A DNA stretch of 64,000 nt, taken from positions 19,282,001 through 19,346,000 of the forward strand of contig OZ059894.1 in NCBI GenBank assembly GCA_964057225.1, in the 5' to 3' direction. Below are positions 22,640-38,900 of this stretch, in pieces (position 1 is the first letter of the stretch; every line of letters starts with the position of its first letter). The notes under the pieces were generated by a model. That model was not told where the DNA came from. It was given only the letters and a program-made list of their open reading frames with translations, and ran no database searches. Position numbers and translations under genes: made by a program. The DNA comes from Auanema rhodensis. Taxonomy: Eukaryota > Animalia > Nematoda.

Positions 22640-25600
22640 GAACTTATATCAGTTGCTATCTCGGTGCATTTTTAAGCTAGCGCAAATCTGATAACACAGA
22701 TCGACGCAGCTTAAAAATCCGCATCGAATGCACTATACTACATTGAGAAACGCTTAATACAAAAATTAGTTATAATCGTTTGAAAATAGATGCATTAGTG
22801 TATGTTGAGTTTCCATGTACACTCAACATTGCTTCCAAAAACATTTTGACAGAAATTTTTTCGAAAAATTTCAAATTAAATTAGCAAAAAGTAGATGTTT
22901 TTAGATTCCATTTTTTAAGGCAAAGACGATGGACAATGTTATTCAACGAAAAAATTAATTCTTCAGGGTTAAAATCGAGGATATAAGTGTGAACTTATAT
23001 CAGTTGATATCTCGGTGCATTTTTAAGCTAGCGCAAATCTGATAACACAGATCGACGCAGCTTAAAAATCCGCATCGAATGCACTATACTACATTGAGAA
23101 ACGCTTAATACAAAAATTAGTTATGATCGTTTGAAAAATGATGCATTAGTGTATGTTGAGTTTCCATGTACACTCAACATTGCTTCCAAAAACATTTTGA
23201 CAAAAGTTTTTTCGAAAAATTTCAGAATAATTTAGCAAAAAGTAGATGTTTTTAGATTCCTTTTTTCAAGGCAAAGACGATGGACAATGTTATTCAACGA
23301 AAAAATTAATTCTTCAGGGTTAAAATCGAGGATATAAGTGTGAACTTATATCAGTTGATATCTCGGTGCATTTTTAAGCTAGCGCAAATCTGATAACACA
23401 GATCGACGCAGCTTAAAAATCCGCATCGAATGCACTATACTACATTGAGAAACGCTTGATACAGAAATTAGTTATGATCGTTTGAAAAATGATCCATTAG
23501 TGTATGTTGAGTTTCCATGTACACTCAACATTGCTTCCAAAAACATTTTGACAAAAATTTTTTCGAAAAATTTCAAAATAAATTAGCAAAAAGTAGATGT
23601 TTTTAGATTGCTTTTTTCAAGGCAAAGACGATGGACAATGTTATTCAACGAAAAAATTAATTCTTCAGGGTGAAAATCGAGGATATAAGTGTGAACTTAT
23701 ATCAGTTGATATCTCGGTGCATTTTTAAGCTTGCGCAAATCTGATAACACAGATCGACGCAGCTTAAAAATCCGCATCGAATGCACTATACTACATTGAG
23801 AAACGCTTAATACAAAAATTAGTTATGATCGTTTGAAAAATGATGCATTAGTGTATGTTGAGTTTCCATGTACACTCAACATTGCTTCCAAAAACATTTT
23901 GACAAAAATTTTTTCGAAAAATTTCAAAATAATTTAGCGAAAAGTAGATGTTTTTAGATTGCTTTTTTCAAGGCAAAGACGATGGACATTGTTATTCAAC
24001 GAAAAAATTAATTCTTCAGGGTGAAAATCGAGGATATAAGTGTGAACTTATATCAGTTGATATCTCGGTGCATTTTTAAGCTAGCGCAAATCTGATAACA
24101 CAGATCGACGCAGCTTAAAAATCCGCATCGAATGCACTATACTACATTAAGAAACGGTTGATACAGAAATTAGTTATGATCGTTTGAAAAATGATCCATT
24201 AGTGTATGTTGAGTTTCCATGTACACTCAACATTGCTTCCAAAAACATTTTGACAAAAATTTTTTCGAAACATTTCAAAATAAATTAGGAAAAAACAGAT
24301 GTTTTTAGATTCCTTTTTTCAAGGGAAAGACGATGGACAATGTTATTCAACGAAAAAATTAATTCTTCAGGGTGAAAATCGAGGATATAAGTGTGAACTT
24401 ATATCAGTTGCTATCTCGGTGCATTTTTAAGCTAGCGCAAATCTGATAACACAGATCGACGCAGCTTAAAAATCCGCATCGAATGCACTATACTACATTA
24501 AGAAACGGTTGATACAGAAATTAGTTATGATCGTTTGAAAAATGATCCATTAGTGTATGTTGAGTTTCCATGTACACTCAACATTGCTTCCAAAAACATT
24601 TTGACAAAAATTTTTTCGAAAAATTTCAAAATAAATTAGCAAAAAGTAGATGTTTTTAGATTGCTTTTTTCAAGGCAAAGACGATGGACAATGTTATTCA
24701 ACGAAAAAATTAATTCTTCAGGGTGAAAATCGAGGATATAAGTGTGAACTTATATCAGTTGATATCTCGGTGCATTTTTAAGCTAGCGCAAATCTGATAA
24801 CACAGATCGACGCAGCTTAAAAATCCGCATCGAATGCACTATACTACATTGAGAAACGCTTAATACAAAAATTAGTTATAATCGTTTGAAAATAGATGCA
24901 TTAGTGTATGTTGAGTTTCCATGTACACTCAACATTGCTTCCAAAAACATTTTGACAGAAATTTTTTCGAAAAATTTCAAATTAAATTAGCAAAAAGTAG
25001 ATGTTTTTAGATTCCATTTTTTAAGGCAAAGACGATGGACAATGTTATTCAACGAAAAAATTAATTCTTCAGGGTTAAAATCGAGGATATAAGTGTGAAC
25101 TTATATCAGTTGATATCTCGGTGCATTTTTAAGCTAGCGCAAATCTGATAACACAGATCGACGCAGCTTAAAAATCCGCATCGAATGCACTATACTACAT
25201 TGAGAAACGCTTAATACAAAAATTAGTTATGATCGTTTGAAAAATGATGCATTAGTGTATGTTGAGTTTCCATGTACACTCAACATTGCTTCCAAAAACA
25301 TTTTGACAAAAGTTTTTTCGAAAAATTTCAGAATAATTTAGCAAAAAGTAGATGTTTTTAGATTCCTTTTTTCAAGGCAAAGACGATGGACAATGTTATT
25401 CAACGAAAAAATTAATTCTTCAGGGTTAAAATCGAGGATATAAGTGTGAACTTATATCAGTTGATATCTCGGTGCATTTTTAAGCTAGCGCAAATCTGAT
25501 AACACAGATCGACGCAGCTTAAAAATCCGCATCGAATGCACTATACTACATTGAGAAACGCTTGATACAGAAATTAGTTATGATCGTTTGAAAAATGATC

Positions 25601-26950
25601 CATTAGTGTATGTTGAGTTTCCATGTACACTCAACATTGCTTCCAAAAACATTTTGACAAAAATTTTTTCGAAAAATTTCAAAATAAATTAGCAAAAAGT
25701 AGATGTTTTTAGATTGCTTTTTTCAAGGCAAAGACGATGGACAATGTTATTCAACGAAAAAATTAATTCTTCAGGGTGAAAATCGAGGATATAAGTGTGA
25801 ACTTATATCAGTTGATATCTCGGTGCATTTTTAAGCTTGCGCAAATCTGATAACACAGATCGACGCAGCTTAAAAATCCGCATCGAATGCACTATACTAC
25901 ATTGAGAAACGCTTAATACAAAAATTAGTTATGATCGTTTGAAAAATGATGCATTAGTGTATGTTGAGTTTCCATGTACACTCAACATTGCTTCCAAAAA
26001 CATTTTGACAAAAATTTTTTCGAAAAATTTCAAAATAATTTAGCGAAAAGTAGATGTTTTTAGATTGCTTTTTTCAAGGCAAAGACGATGGACATTGTTA
26101 TTCAACGAAAAAATTAATTCTTCAGGGTGAAAATCGAGGATATAAGTGTGAACTTATATCAGTTGATATCTCGGTGCATTTTTAAGCTAGCGCAAATCTG
26201 ATAACACAGATCGACGCAGCTTAAAAATCCGCATCGAATGCACTATACTACATTAAGAAACGGTTGATACAGAAATTAGTTATGATCGTTTGAAAAATGA
26301 TCCATTAGTGTATGTTGAGTTTCCATGTACACTCAACATTGCTTCCAAAAACATTTTGACAAAAATTTTTTCGAAACATTTCAAAATAAATTAGGAAAAA
26401 ACAGATGTTTTTAGATTCCTTTTTTCAAGGGAAAGACGATGGACAATGTTATTCAACGAAAAAATTAATTCTTCAGGGTGAAAATCGAGGATATAAGTGT
26501 GAACTTATATCAGTTGCTATCTCGGTGCATTTTTAAGCTAGCGCAAATCTGATAACACAGATCGACGCAGCTTAAAAATCCGCATCGAATGCACTATACT
26601 ACATTAAGAAACGGTTGATACAGAAATTAGTTATGATCGTTTGAAAAATGATCCATTAGTGTATGTTGAGTTTCCATGTACACTCAACATTGCTTCCAAA
26701 AACATTTTGACAAAAATTTTTTCGAAAAATTTCAAAATAAATTAGCAAAAAGTAGATGTTTTTAGATTGCTTTTTTCAAGGCAAAGACGATGGACAATGT
26801 TATTCAACGAAAAAATTAATTCTTCAGGGTGAAAATCGAGGATATAAGTGTGAACTTATATCAGTTGATATCTCGGTGCATTTTTAAGCTAGCGCAAATC
26901 TGATAACACAGATCGACGCAGCTTAAAAATCCGCATCGAATGCACTATAC
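22640..26950. repeat. 6-mer (2106 bp) tandem duplication
   Basis: aaaatagatg at ~22783/24889, caaaagtttt at 23201/~25307 and the catttc...taggaaaaaacag haplotype at 24271/26377 are all 2106 bp apart. Confidence 0.85.
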
Positions 26951-29900
26951 TACATTGAGAAACGCTTAATACAAAAATTAGTTATGATCGTTTGAAAAAT
27001 GATGCATTAGTGTATGTTGAGTTTCCATGTACACTCAACATTGCTTCCAAGAACATTTTGACAAAAATTTTTTCGAAAAATTTCAAAAAAATTTAGCAAA
27101 AAGTAGATGTTTTTAGATTCCTTTTTTCAAGGCAAAGACGATGGACAATGTTATTCAACGAAAAAATTAATTCTTCAGGGTGAAAATCGAGGATATAAGT
27201 GTGAACTTATATCAGTTGATATCTCGGTGCATTTTTAAGCTTGCGCAAATCTGATAACACAGATCGACGCAGCTTAAAAATCCGCATCGAATGCACTATA
27301 CTACATTGAGAAACGCTTAATACAAAAATTAGTTATGATCGTTTGAAAAATGATGCATTAGTGTATGTTGAGTTTCCATGTACACTCAACATTGCTTCCA
27401 AAAACATTTTGACAAAAATTTTTTCGAAAAATTTCAAAATAATTTAGCGAAAAGTAGATGTTTTTAGATTGCTTTTTTCAAGGCAAAGACGATGGACATT
27501 GTTATTCAACGAAAAAATTAATTCTTCAGGGTGAAAATCGAGGATATAAGTGTGAACTTATATCAGTTGATATCTCGGTGCATTTTTAAGCTAGCGCAAA
27601 TCTGATAACACAGATCGACGCAGCTTAAAAATCCGCATCGAATGCACTATACTACATTAAGAAACGGTTGATACAGAAATTAGTTATGATCGTTTGAAAA
27701 ATGATCCATTAGTGTATGTTGAGTTTCCATGTACACTCAACATTGCTTCCAAGAACATTTTGACAAAAATTTTTTCGAAAAATTTCAAATTAAATTAGCA
27801 AAAAGTAGATGTTTTTAGATTCCATTTTTCAAGGCAAAGACGATGGACAATGTTATTCAACGAAAAAATTAATTCTTCAGGGTGAAAATCGAGGATATAA
27901 GTGTGAACTTATATCAGTTGATATCTCGGTGCATTTTTAAGCTAGCGCAAATCTGATAACACAGATCGACGCAGCTTAAAAATCCGCATCGAATGCACTA
28001 TACTACATTGAGAAACGCTTAATACAAAAATTAGTTATGATCGTTTGAAAAATGATGCATTAGTGTATGTTGAGTTTCCATGTACACTCAACATTGCTTC
28101 CAAAAACATTTTGACAAAAATTTTTTCGAAAAATTTCAAAATAAATTAGCAAAAAGTAGATGTTTTTAGATTGCTTTTTTCAAGGCAAAGACGATGGACA
28201 TTGTTATTCAACGAAAAAATTAATTCTTCAGGGTGAAAATCGAGGATATAAGTGTGAACTTATATCAGTTGATATCTCGGTGCATTTTTAAGCTAGCGCA
28301 AATCTGATAACACAGATCGACGCAGCTTAAAAATCCGCATCGAATGCACTATACTACATTAAGAAACGGTTGATACAGAAATTAGTTATGATCGTTTGAA
28401 AAATGATCCATTAGTGTATGTTGAGTTTCCATGTACACTCAACATTGCTTCCAAGAACATTTTGACAAAAATTTTTTCGAAAAATTTCAAATTAAATTAG
28501 CAAAAAGTAGATGTTTTTAGATTCCATTTTTCAAGGCAAAGACGATGGACAATGTTATTCAACGAAAAAATTAATTCTTCAGGGTGAAAATCGAGGATAT
28601 AAGTGTGAACTTATATCAGTTGATATCTCGGTGCATTTTTAAGCTAGCGCAAATCTGATAACACAGATCGACGCAGCTTAAAAATCCGCATCGAATGCAC
28701 TATACTACATTGAGAAACGCTTAATACAAAAATTAGTTATGATCGTTTGAAAAATGATGCATTAGTGTATGTTGAGTTTCCATGTACACTCAACATTGCT
28801 TCCAAAAACATTTTGACAAAAATTTTTTCGAAAAATTTCAAAATAAATTAGCAAAAAGTAGATGTTTTTAGATTGCTTTTTTCAAGGCAAAGACGATGGA
28901 CAATGTTATTCAACGAAAAAATTAATTCTTCAGGGTGAAAATCGAGGATATAAGTGTGAACTTATATCAGTTGCTATCTCGGTGCATTTTTAAGCTAGCG
29001 CAAATCTGATAACACAGATCGACGCAGCTTAAAAATCCGCATCGAATGCACTATACTACATTGAGAAACGCTTAATACAAAAATTAGTTATAATCGTTTG
29101 AAAATAGATGCATTAGTGTATGTTGAGTTTCCATGTACACTCAACATTGCTTCCAAAAACATTTTGACAGAAATTTTTTCGAAAAATTTCAAATTAAATT
29201 AGCAAAAAGTAGATGTTTTCAGATTCCATTTTTTAAGGCAAAGACGATGGACAATGTTATTCAACGAAAAAATTAATTCTTCAGGGTTAAAATCGAGGAT
29301 ATAAGTGTGAACTTATATCAGTTGATATCTCGGTGCATTTTTAAGCTAGCGCAAATCTGATAACACAGATCGACGCAGCTTAAAAATCCGCATCGAATGC
29401 ACTATACTACATTGAGAAACGCTTAATACAAAAATTAGTTATAATCGTTTGAAAAATGATGCATTAGTGTATGTTGAGTTTCCATGTACACTCAACATTG
29501 CTTCCAAAAACATTTTGACAAAAATTTTTTCGAAAACTTTCAAAATAAATTAGCAAAAAGTAGATGTTTTTAGATTGCTTTTTTCAAGGCAAAGACGATG
29601 GACAATGTTATTCAACGAAAAAATTAATTCTTCAGGGTGAAAATCGAGGATATAAGTGTGAACTTATATCAGTTGCTATCTCGGTGCATTTTTAAGCTAG
29701 CGCAAATCTGATAACACAGATCGACGCAGCTTAAAAATCCGCATCGAATGCACTATACTACATTGAGAAACGCTTAATACAAAAATTAGTTATAATCGTT
29801 TGAAAATAGATGCATTAGTGTATGTTGAGTTTCCATGTACACTCAACATTGCTTCCAAAAACATTTTGACAGAAATTTTTTCGAAAAATTTCAAATTAAA

Positions 29901-32900
29901 TTAGCAAAAAGTAGATGTTTTTAGATTCCATTTTTTAAGGCAAAGACGATGGACAATGTTATTCAACGAAAAAATTAATTCTTCAGGGTTAAAATCGAGG
30001 ATATAAGTGTGAACTTATATCAGTTGATATCTCGGTGCATTTTTAAGCTAGCGCAAATCTGATAACACAGATCGACGCAGCTTAAAAATCCGCATCGAAT
30101 GCACTATACTACATTGAGAAACGCTTAATACAAAAATTAGTTATGATCGTTTGAAAAATGATGCATTAGTGTATGTTGAGTTTCCATGTACACTCAACAT
30201 TGCTTCCAAAAACATTTTGACAAAAGTTTTTTCGAAAAATTTCAGAATAATTTAGCAAAAAGTAGATGTTTTTAGATTCCTTTTTTCAAGGCAAAGACGA
30301 TGGACAATGTTATTCAACGAAAAAATTAATTCTTCAGGGTTAAAATCGAGGATATAAGTGTGAACTTATATCAGTTGATATCTCGGTGCATTTTTAAGCT
30401 AGCGCAAATCTGATAACACAGATCGACGCAGCTTAAAAATCCGCATCGAATGCACTATACTACATTGAGAAACGCTTGATACAGAAATTAGTTATGATCG
30501 TTTGAAAAATGATCCATTAGTGTATGTTGAGTTTCCATGTACACTCAACATTGCTTCCAAAAACATTTTGACAAAAATTTTTTCGAAAAATTTCAAAATA
30601 AATTAGCAAAAAGTAGATGTTTTTAGATTGCTTTTTTCAAGGCAAAGACGATGGACAATGTTATTCAACGAAAAAATTAATTCTTCAGGGTGAAAATCGA
30701 GGATATAAGTGTGAACTTATATCAGTTGCTATCTCGGTGCATTTTTAAGCTAGCGCAAATCTGATAACACAGATCGACGCAGCTTAAAAATCCGCATCGA
30801 ATGCACTATACTACATTGAGAAACGCTTAATACAAAAATTAGTTATAATCGTTTGAAAATAGATGCATTAGTGTATGTTGAGTTTCCATGTACACTCAAC
30901 ATTGCTTCCAAAAACATTTTGACAGAAATTTTTTCGAAAAATTTCAAATTAAATTAGCAAAAAGTAGATGTTTTTAGATTCCATTTTTTAAGGCAAAGAC
31001 GATGGACAATGTTATTCAACGAAAAAATTAATTCTTCAGGGTTAAAATCGAGGATATAAGTGTGAACTTATATCAGTTGATATCTCGGTGCATTTTTAAG
31101 CTAGCGCAAATCTGATAACACAGATCGACGCAGCTTAAAAATCCGCATCGAATGCACTATACTACATTGAGAAACGCTTAATACAAAAATTAGTTATGAT
31201 CGTTTGAAAAATGATGCATTAGTGTATGTTGAGTTTCCATGTACACTCAACATTGCTTCCAAAAACATTTTGACAAAAATTTTTTCGAAAAATTTCAAAA
31301 TAAATTAGCAAAAAGTAGATGTTTTTAGATTGCTTTTTTCAAGGCAAAGACGATGGACAATGTTATTCAACGAAAAAATTAATTCTTCAGGGTGAAAATC
31401 GAGGATATAAGTGTGAACTTATATCAGTTGCTATCTCGGTGCATTTTTAAGCTAGCGCAAATCTGATAACACAGATCGACGCAGCTTAAAAATCCGCATC
31501 GAATGCACTATACTACATTGAGAAACGCTTAATACAAAAATTAGTTATAATCGTTTGAAAATAGATGCATTAGTGTATGTTGAGTTTCCATGTACACTCA
31601 ACATTGCTTCCAAAAACATTTTGACAGAAATTTTTTCGAAAAATTTCAAATTAAATTAGCAAAAAGTAGATGTTTTTAGATTCCATTTTTTAAGGCAAAG
31701 ACGATGGACAATGTTATTCAACGAAAAAATTAATTCTTCAGGGTTAAAATCGAGGATATAAGTGTGAACTTATATCAGTTGATATCTCGGTGCATTTTTA
31801 AGCTAGCGCAAATCTGATAACACAGATCGACGCAGCTTAAAAATCCGCATCGAATGCACTATACTACATTGAGAAACGCTTAATACAAAAATTAGTTATG
31901 ATCGTTTGAAAAATGATGCATTAGTGTATGTTGAGTTTCCATGTACACTCAACATTGCTTCCAAAAACATTTTGACAAAAGTTTTTTCGAAAAATTTCAG
32001 AATAATTTAGCAAAAAGTAGATGTTTTTAGATTCCTTTTTTCAAGGCAAAGACGATGGACAATGTTATTCAACGAAAAAATTAATTCTTCAGGGTGAAAA
32101 TCGAGGATATAAGTGTGAACTTATATCAGTTGCTATCTCGGTGCATTTTTAAGCTAGCGCAAATCTGATAACACAGATCGACGCAGCTTAAAAATCCGCA
32201 TCGAATGCACTATACTACATTGAGAAACGCTTAATACAAAAATTAGTTATAATCGTTTGAAAATAGATGCATTAGTGTATGTTGAGTTTCCATGTACACT
32301 CAACATTGCTTCCAAAAACATTTTGACAAAAATTTTTTCGAAAAATTTCAAATTAAATTAGCAAAAAGTAGATGTTTTTAGATTCCATTTTTTAAGGCAA
32401 AGACGATGGACAATGTTATTCAACGAAAAAATTAATTCTTCAGGGTTAAAATCGAGGATATAAGTGTGAACTTATATCAGTTGATATCTCGGTGCATTTT
32501 TAAGCTAGCGCAAATCTGATAACACAGATCGACGCAGCTTAAAAATCCGCATCGAATGCACTATACTACATTGAGAAACGCTTGATACAGAAATTAGTTA
32601 TGATCGTTTGAAAAATGATCCATTAGTGTATGTTGAGTTTCCATGTACACTGAACATTGCTTCCAAAAACATTTTGACAAAAATTGTTTCGAAAAATTTC
32701 AAAATAAATTAGCAAAAAGTAGATGTTTTTAAATTTCTTTTTTCAAGGCAAAGACGATGGACAATGTTATTCAACGATAAAATTAATTCTTCAGGGTGAA
32801 AATCGAGGATATAAGTGTGAACTTATATCAGTTGATATCTCGGTGCATTTTTAAGCTAGCGCAAATCTGATAACACAGATCGACGCAGCTTACAAATCCG

Positions 32901-35900
32901 CATCGAATGCACTATACTACATTGAGAAACGCTTAATACAAAAATTAGTTATGATCGTTTGAAAAATGATGCATTAGTGTATGTTGAGTTTCCATGTACA
33001 CTCAACATTGCTTCCAAAAACATTTTGACAAAAATTTTTTCGAAACATTTCAAAATAAATTAGGAAAAAACAGATGTTTTTAGATTCCTTTTTTCAAGGC
33101 AAAGACGATGGACAATGTTATTCAACGAAAAAATTAATTCTGCAGGGTGAAAATCGAGGATATAAGTGTGAACTTATATCAGTTGCTATCTCGGTGCATT
33201 TTTAAGCTAGCGCAAATCTGATAACACAGATCGACGCAGCTTAAAAATCCGCATCGAATGCACTATACTACATTGAGAAACGCTTAATACAAAAATTAGT
33301 TATGATCGTTTGAAAAATGATGCATTAGTGTATGTTGAGTTTCCATGTACACTCAACATTGCTTCCAAAAACATTTTGACAAAAATTTTTTCAAAAAATT
33401 TCAAAATAAATTAGCAAAAAGTAGATGTTTTTAGATTTCTTTTTTCAAGGCAAAGACGATGGACAATGTTATTCAACGAAAAAATTAATTCTTCAGGGTG
33501 AAAATCGAGGATATAAGTGTGAACTTATATCAGTTGATATCTCGGTGCATTTTTAAGCTAGCGCAAATCTGATAACACAGATTGACGCAGCTTAAAAATC
33601 CGCATCGAATGCACTATACTACATTGAGAAACGCTTAATACAAAAATTAGTTATGATCGTTTGAAAAATGATCCATTAGTGTATGTTGAGTTTCCATGTA
33701 CACTCAACATTGCTTCCAAAAACATTTTGACAAAAATTTTTTCGAATAATTTCAGAATAATTTAGCAAAAAGTAGATGTTTTTAGATTCCTTTTTTCAAG
33801 GCAAAGACGATGGACAATGTTATTCAAAGAAAAAATTAATTCTTCAGGGTGAAAATCGAGGATATAAGTGTGAACTTATATCAGTTGATATCTCGGTGCA
33901 TTTTTAAGCTAGCGCAAATCTGATAACACAGATCGACGCAGCTTAAAAATCCGCATCGAATGCACTATACTACATTGAGAAACGCTTGATACAGAAATTA
34001 GTTATGATCGTTTGAAAAATGATCCATTAGTGTATGTTGAGTTTCCATGTACACTCAACATTGCTTCCAAAAACATTTTGACAAAAATTGTTTCGAAAAA
34101 TTTCAAAATAAATTAGCAAAAAGTAGATGTTTTTAAATTTCTTTTTTCAAGGCAAAGACGATGGACAATGTTATTCAACGATAAAATTAATTCTTCAGGG
34201 TGAAAATCGAGGATATAAGTGTGAACTTATATCAGTTGATATCTCGGTGCATTTTTAAGCTAGCGCAAATCTGATAACACAGATCGACGCAGCTTACAAA
34301 TCCGCATCGAATGCACTATACTACATTGAGAAACGCTTAATACAAAAATTAGTTATGATCGTTTGAAAAATGATGCATTAGTGTATGTTGAGTTTCCATG
34401 TACACTCAACATTGCTTCCAAAAACATTTTGACAAAAATTTTTTCGAAACATTTCAAAATAAATTAGGAAAAAACAGATGTTTTTAGATTCCTTTTTTCA
34501 AGGGAAAGACGATGGACAATGTTATTCAACGAAAAAATTAATTCTTCAGGGTGAAAATCGAGGATATAAGTGTGAACTTATATCAGTTGATATCTCGGTG
34601 CATTTTTAAGCTAGCGCAAATCTGATAACACAGATCGACGCAGCTTAAAAATCCGCATCGAATGCACTATACTACATTGAGAACCGCTTAATACAAAAAT
34701 TAGTTATGATTGTTTGAAAAATGATGCATTAGTGTATGTTGAGTTTCCATGTACACTCAACATTGCTTCCAAAAACATTTTGACAAAAATTTTTTCGAAA
34801 CATTTCAAAATAATTTAGCAAAAAGTAGATGTTTTTAGATTTCTTTTTTCAAGGCAAAGACGATGGACAATGTTATTCAACGAAAAAATTAACTCTTCAG
34901 GGTGAAAATCGAGGATATAAGTGTGAACTTATATCAGTTGCTATCTCGGTGCATTTTTAAGCTAGCGCAAATCTGATAACACAGATCGACGCAGCTTAAA
35001 AATCCGCATCGAATGCACTATACTACATTGAGAAACGCTTAATACAAAAATTAGTTATGATCGTTTGAAAAATGATGCATTAGTGTATGTTGAGTTTCCA
35101 TGTACACTCAACATTGCTTCCAAAAACATTTTGACAAAAATTTTTTCGAAACATTTCAAAATAAATTAGGAAAAAACAGATGTTTTTAGATTCCTTTTTT
35201 CAAGGGAAAGACGATGGACAATGTTATTCAACGAAAAAATTAATTCTTCAGGGTGAAAATCGAGGATATAAGTGTGAACTTATATCAGTTGCTATCTCGG
35301 TGCATTTTTAAGCTAGCGCAAATCTGATAACACAGATCGACGCAGCTTAAAAATCCGCATCGAATGCACTATACTACATTGAGAAACGCTTAATACAAAA
35401 ATTAGTTATGATCGTTTGAAAAATGATGCATTAGTGTATGTTGAGTTTCCATGTACACTCAACATTGCTTCCAAAAACATTTTGACAAAAATTTTTTCGA
35501 AACATTTCAGAATAAATTAGGAAAAAACAGATGTTTTTAGATTCCTTTTTTCAAGGGAAAGACGATGGACAATGTTATTCAACGAAAAAATTAATTCTTC
35601 AGGGTGAAAATCGAGGATATAAGTGTGAACTTATATCAGTTGCTATCTCGGTGCATTTTTAAGCTAGCGCAAATCTGATAACACAGATCGACGCAGCTTA
35701 AAAATCCGCATCGAATGCACTATACTACATTGAGAAACGCTTAATACAAAAATTAGTTATGATCGTTTGAAAAATGATGCATTAGTGTATGTTGAGTTTC
35801 CATGTACACTCAACATTGCTTCCAAAAACATTTTGACAAAAATTTTTTCGAAACATTTCAAAATAATTTAGCAAAAAGTAGATGTTTTTAGATTTCTTTT

Positions 35901-38900
35901 TTCAAGGCAAAGACGATGGACAATGTTATTCAACGAAAAAATTAACTCTTCAGGGTGAAAATCGAGGATATAAGTGTGAACTTATATCAGTTGCTATCTC
36001 GGTGCATTTTTAAGCTAGCGCAAATCTGATAACACAGATCGACGCAGCTTAAAAATCCGCATCGAATGCACTATACTACATTGAGAAACGCTTAATACAA
36101 AAATTAGTTATGATCGTTTGAAAAATGATGCATTAGTGTATGTTGAGTTTCCATGTACACTCAACATTGCTTCCAAAAACATTTTGACAAAAATTTTTTC
36201 GAAACATTTCAAAATAAATTAGCAAAAAACAGATGTTTTTAGATTCCTTTTTTCACGGCAAAGACGATGAACAATGTTATTCAACGAAAAAATTAATTCT
36301 TCAGGGTGAAAATCGAGGATATAAGTGTGAACTTATATCAGTTGCTATCTCGGTGCATTTTTAAGCTAGCGCAAATCTGATAACACAGATCGACGCAGCT
36401 TAAAAATCCGCATCGAATGCACTATACTACATTGAGAAACGCTTAATACAAAAATTAGTTATGATCGTTTGAAAAATGATGCATTAGTGTATGTTGAGTT
36501 TCCATGTACACTCAACATTGCTTCCAAAAACATTTTGACAAAAATTTTTTCGAAAAATTTCAAAATAAATTAGCAAAAAATAGATGTTTTTAGATTCCTT
36601 TTTTCAAGGCAAAGACGATGGACAATGTTAATCAACGAAAAAATTAATTCTTCAGGGTGAAAATCGAGGATATAAGTGTGAACTTATATCAGTTGATATC
36701 TCGGTGCATTTTTAAGCTAGCGCAAATCTGATAACACAGATCGACGCAGCTTAAAAATCCGCATCGAATGCACTATACTACATTGAGAAACGCTTAATAC
36801 AAAAATTAGTTATGATCGTTTGAAAAATGATGCATTAGTGTATGTTGAGTTTCCATGTACACTCAACATTGCTTCCAAAAACATTTTGACAAAAATTTTT
36901 TCGAAAAATTTCAAAATAATTTAGCAAAAAGTAGATGTTTTTAAATTCCTTTTTTCAAGGCAAAGACGATGGACAATGTTATTCAACGAAAAAATTAATT
37001 CTTCAGGGTGAAAATCGAGGATATAAGTGTGAACTTATATCAGTTGATATCTCGGTGCATTTTTAAGCTAGCGCAAATCTGATAACACAGATCGACGCAG
37101 CTTACAAATCCGCATCGAATGCACTATACTACATTGAGAAACGCTTAATACAAAAATTAGTTATGATCGTTTGAAAAATGATGCATTAGTGTATGTTGAG
37201 TTTCCATGTACACTCAACATTGCTTCCAAAAACATTTTGACAAAAATTTTTTCGAAACATTTCAAAATAAATTAGGAAAAAACAGATGTTTTTAGATTCC
37301 TTTTTTCAGAGCAAAGACGATGGACAATGTTATTCAACGAAAAAATTAATTCTTCAGGGTGAAAATCGAGGATATAAGTGTGAACTTATATCAGTTGATA
37401 TCTCGGTGCATTTTTAAGCTAGCGCAAATCTGATAACACAGATCGACGCAGCTTAAAAATCCGCATCGAATGCACTATACTACATTGAGAAACGCTTAAT
37501 ACAAAAATTAGTTATGATCGTTTGAAAAATGATGCATTAGTGTATGTTGAGTTTCCATGTACACTCAACATTGCTTCCAAAAACATTTTGACAAAAATTT
37601 TTTCGAAACATTTCAAAATAAATTAGCAAAAAACAGATGTTTTTAGATTCCTTTTTTCAAGGCAAAGACGATGGACAATGTTATTCAACGAAAAAATTAA
37701 TTCTTCAGGGTGAAAATCGAGGATATAAGTGTGAACTTATATCAGTTGCTATCTCGGTGCATTTTTAAGCTAGCGCAAATCTGATAACACAGATCGACGC
37801 AGCTTAAAAATCCGCATCGAATGCACTATACTACATTGAGAAACGCTTAATACAAAAATTAGTTATGATCGTTTGAAAAATGATGCATTAGTGTATGTTG
37901 AGTTTCCATGTACACTCAACATTGCTTCCAAAAACATTTTGACAAAAATTTTTTCGAAAAATTTCAAAATAAATTAGCAAAAAGTAGATGTTTTTAGATT
38001 GCTTTTTTCAAGGCAAAGACGATGGACAATGTTATTCAACGAAAAAATTAATTCTTCAGGGTGAAAATCGAGGATATAAGTGTGAACTTATATCAGTTGA
38101 TATCTCGGTGCATTTTTAAGCTAGCGCAAATCTGATAACACAGATCGACGCAGCTTAAAAATCCGCATCGAATGCACTATACTACATTGAGAAACGCTCA
38201 ATACAAAAATTAGTTATGATCGTTTGAAAAATGATCCATTAGTGTATGTTGAGTTTCCATGTACACTCAACATTGCTTCCAAAAACATTTTGACAAAAAT
38301 TTTTTCGAAACATTTCAAAATAAATTAGCAAAAAGTAGATGTTTTTAGATTCCTTTTTTTAAGGCAAAGACGATGGACAATGTTATTCAACGAAAAAATT
38401 AATTCTTCAGGGTGAAAATCGAGGATATAAGTGTGAACTTATATCAGTTGATATCTCGGTGCATTTTTAAGCTAGCGCAAATCTGATAACACAGATCGAC
38501 GCAGCTTAAAAATCCGCATCGAATGCACTATACTACATTGAGAAACGCTTAATACAAAAATTAGTTATGATCGTTTGAAAAATGATGCATTAGTGTATGT
38601 TGAGTTTCCATGTACACTCAACATTGCTTCCAAAAACATTTTGACAAAAATTTTTTCGAAAAATTTCAAAATAAATTAGCAAAAAGTAGATGTTTTTAGA
38701 TTGCTTTTTTCAAGGCAAAGACGATGGACCATGTTATTCAACGAAAAAATTAATTCTTCAGGGTGAAAATCGAGGATATAAGTGTGAACTTATATCAGTT
38801 GATATCTCGGTGCATTTTTAAGCTAGCGCAAATCTGATAACACAGATCGACGCAGCTTAAAAATCCGCATCGAATGCACTATACTACATTGAGAAACGCT

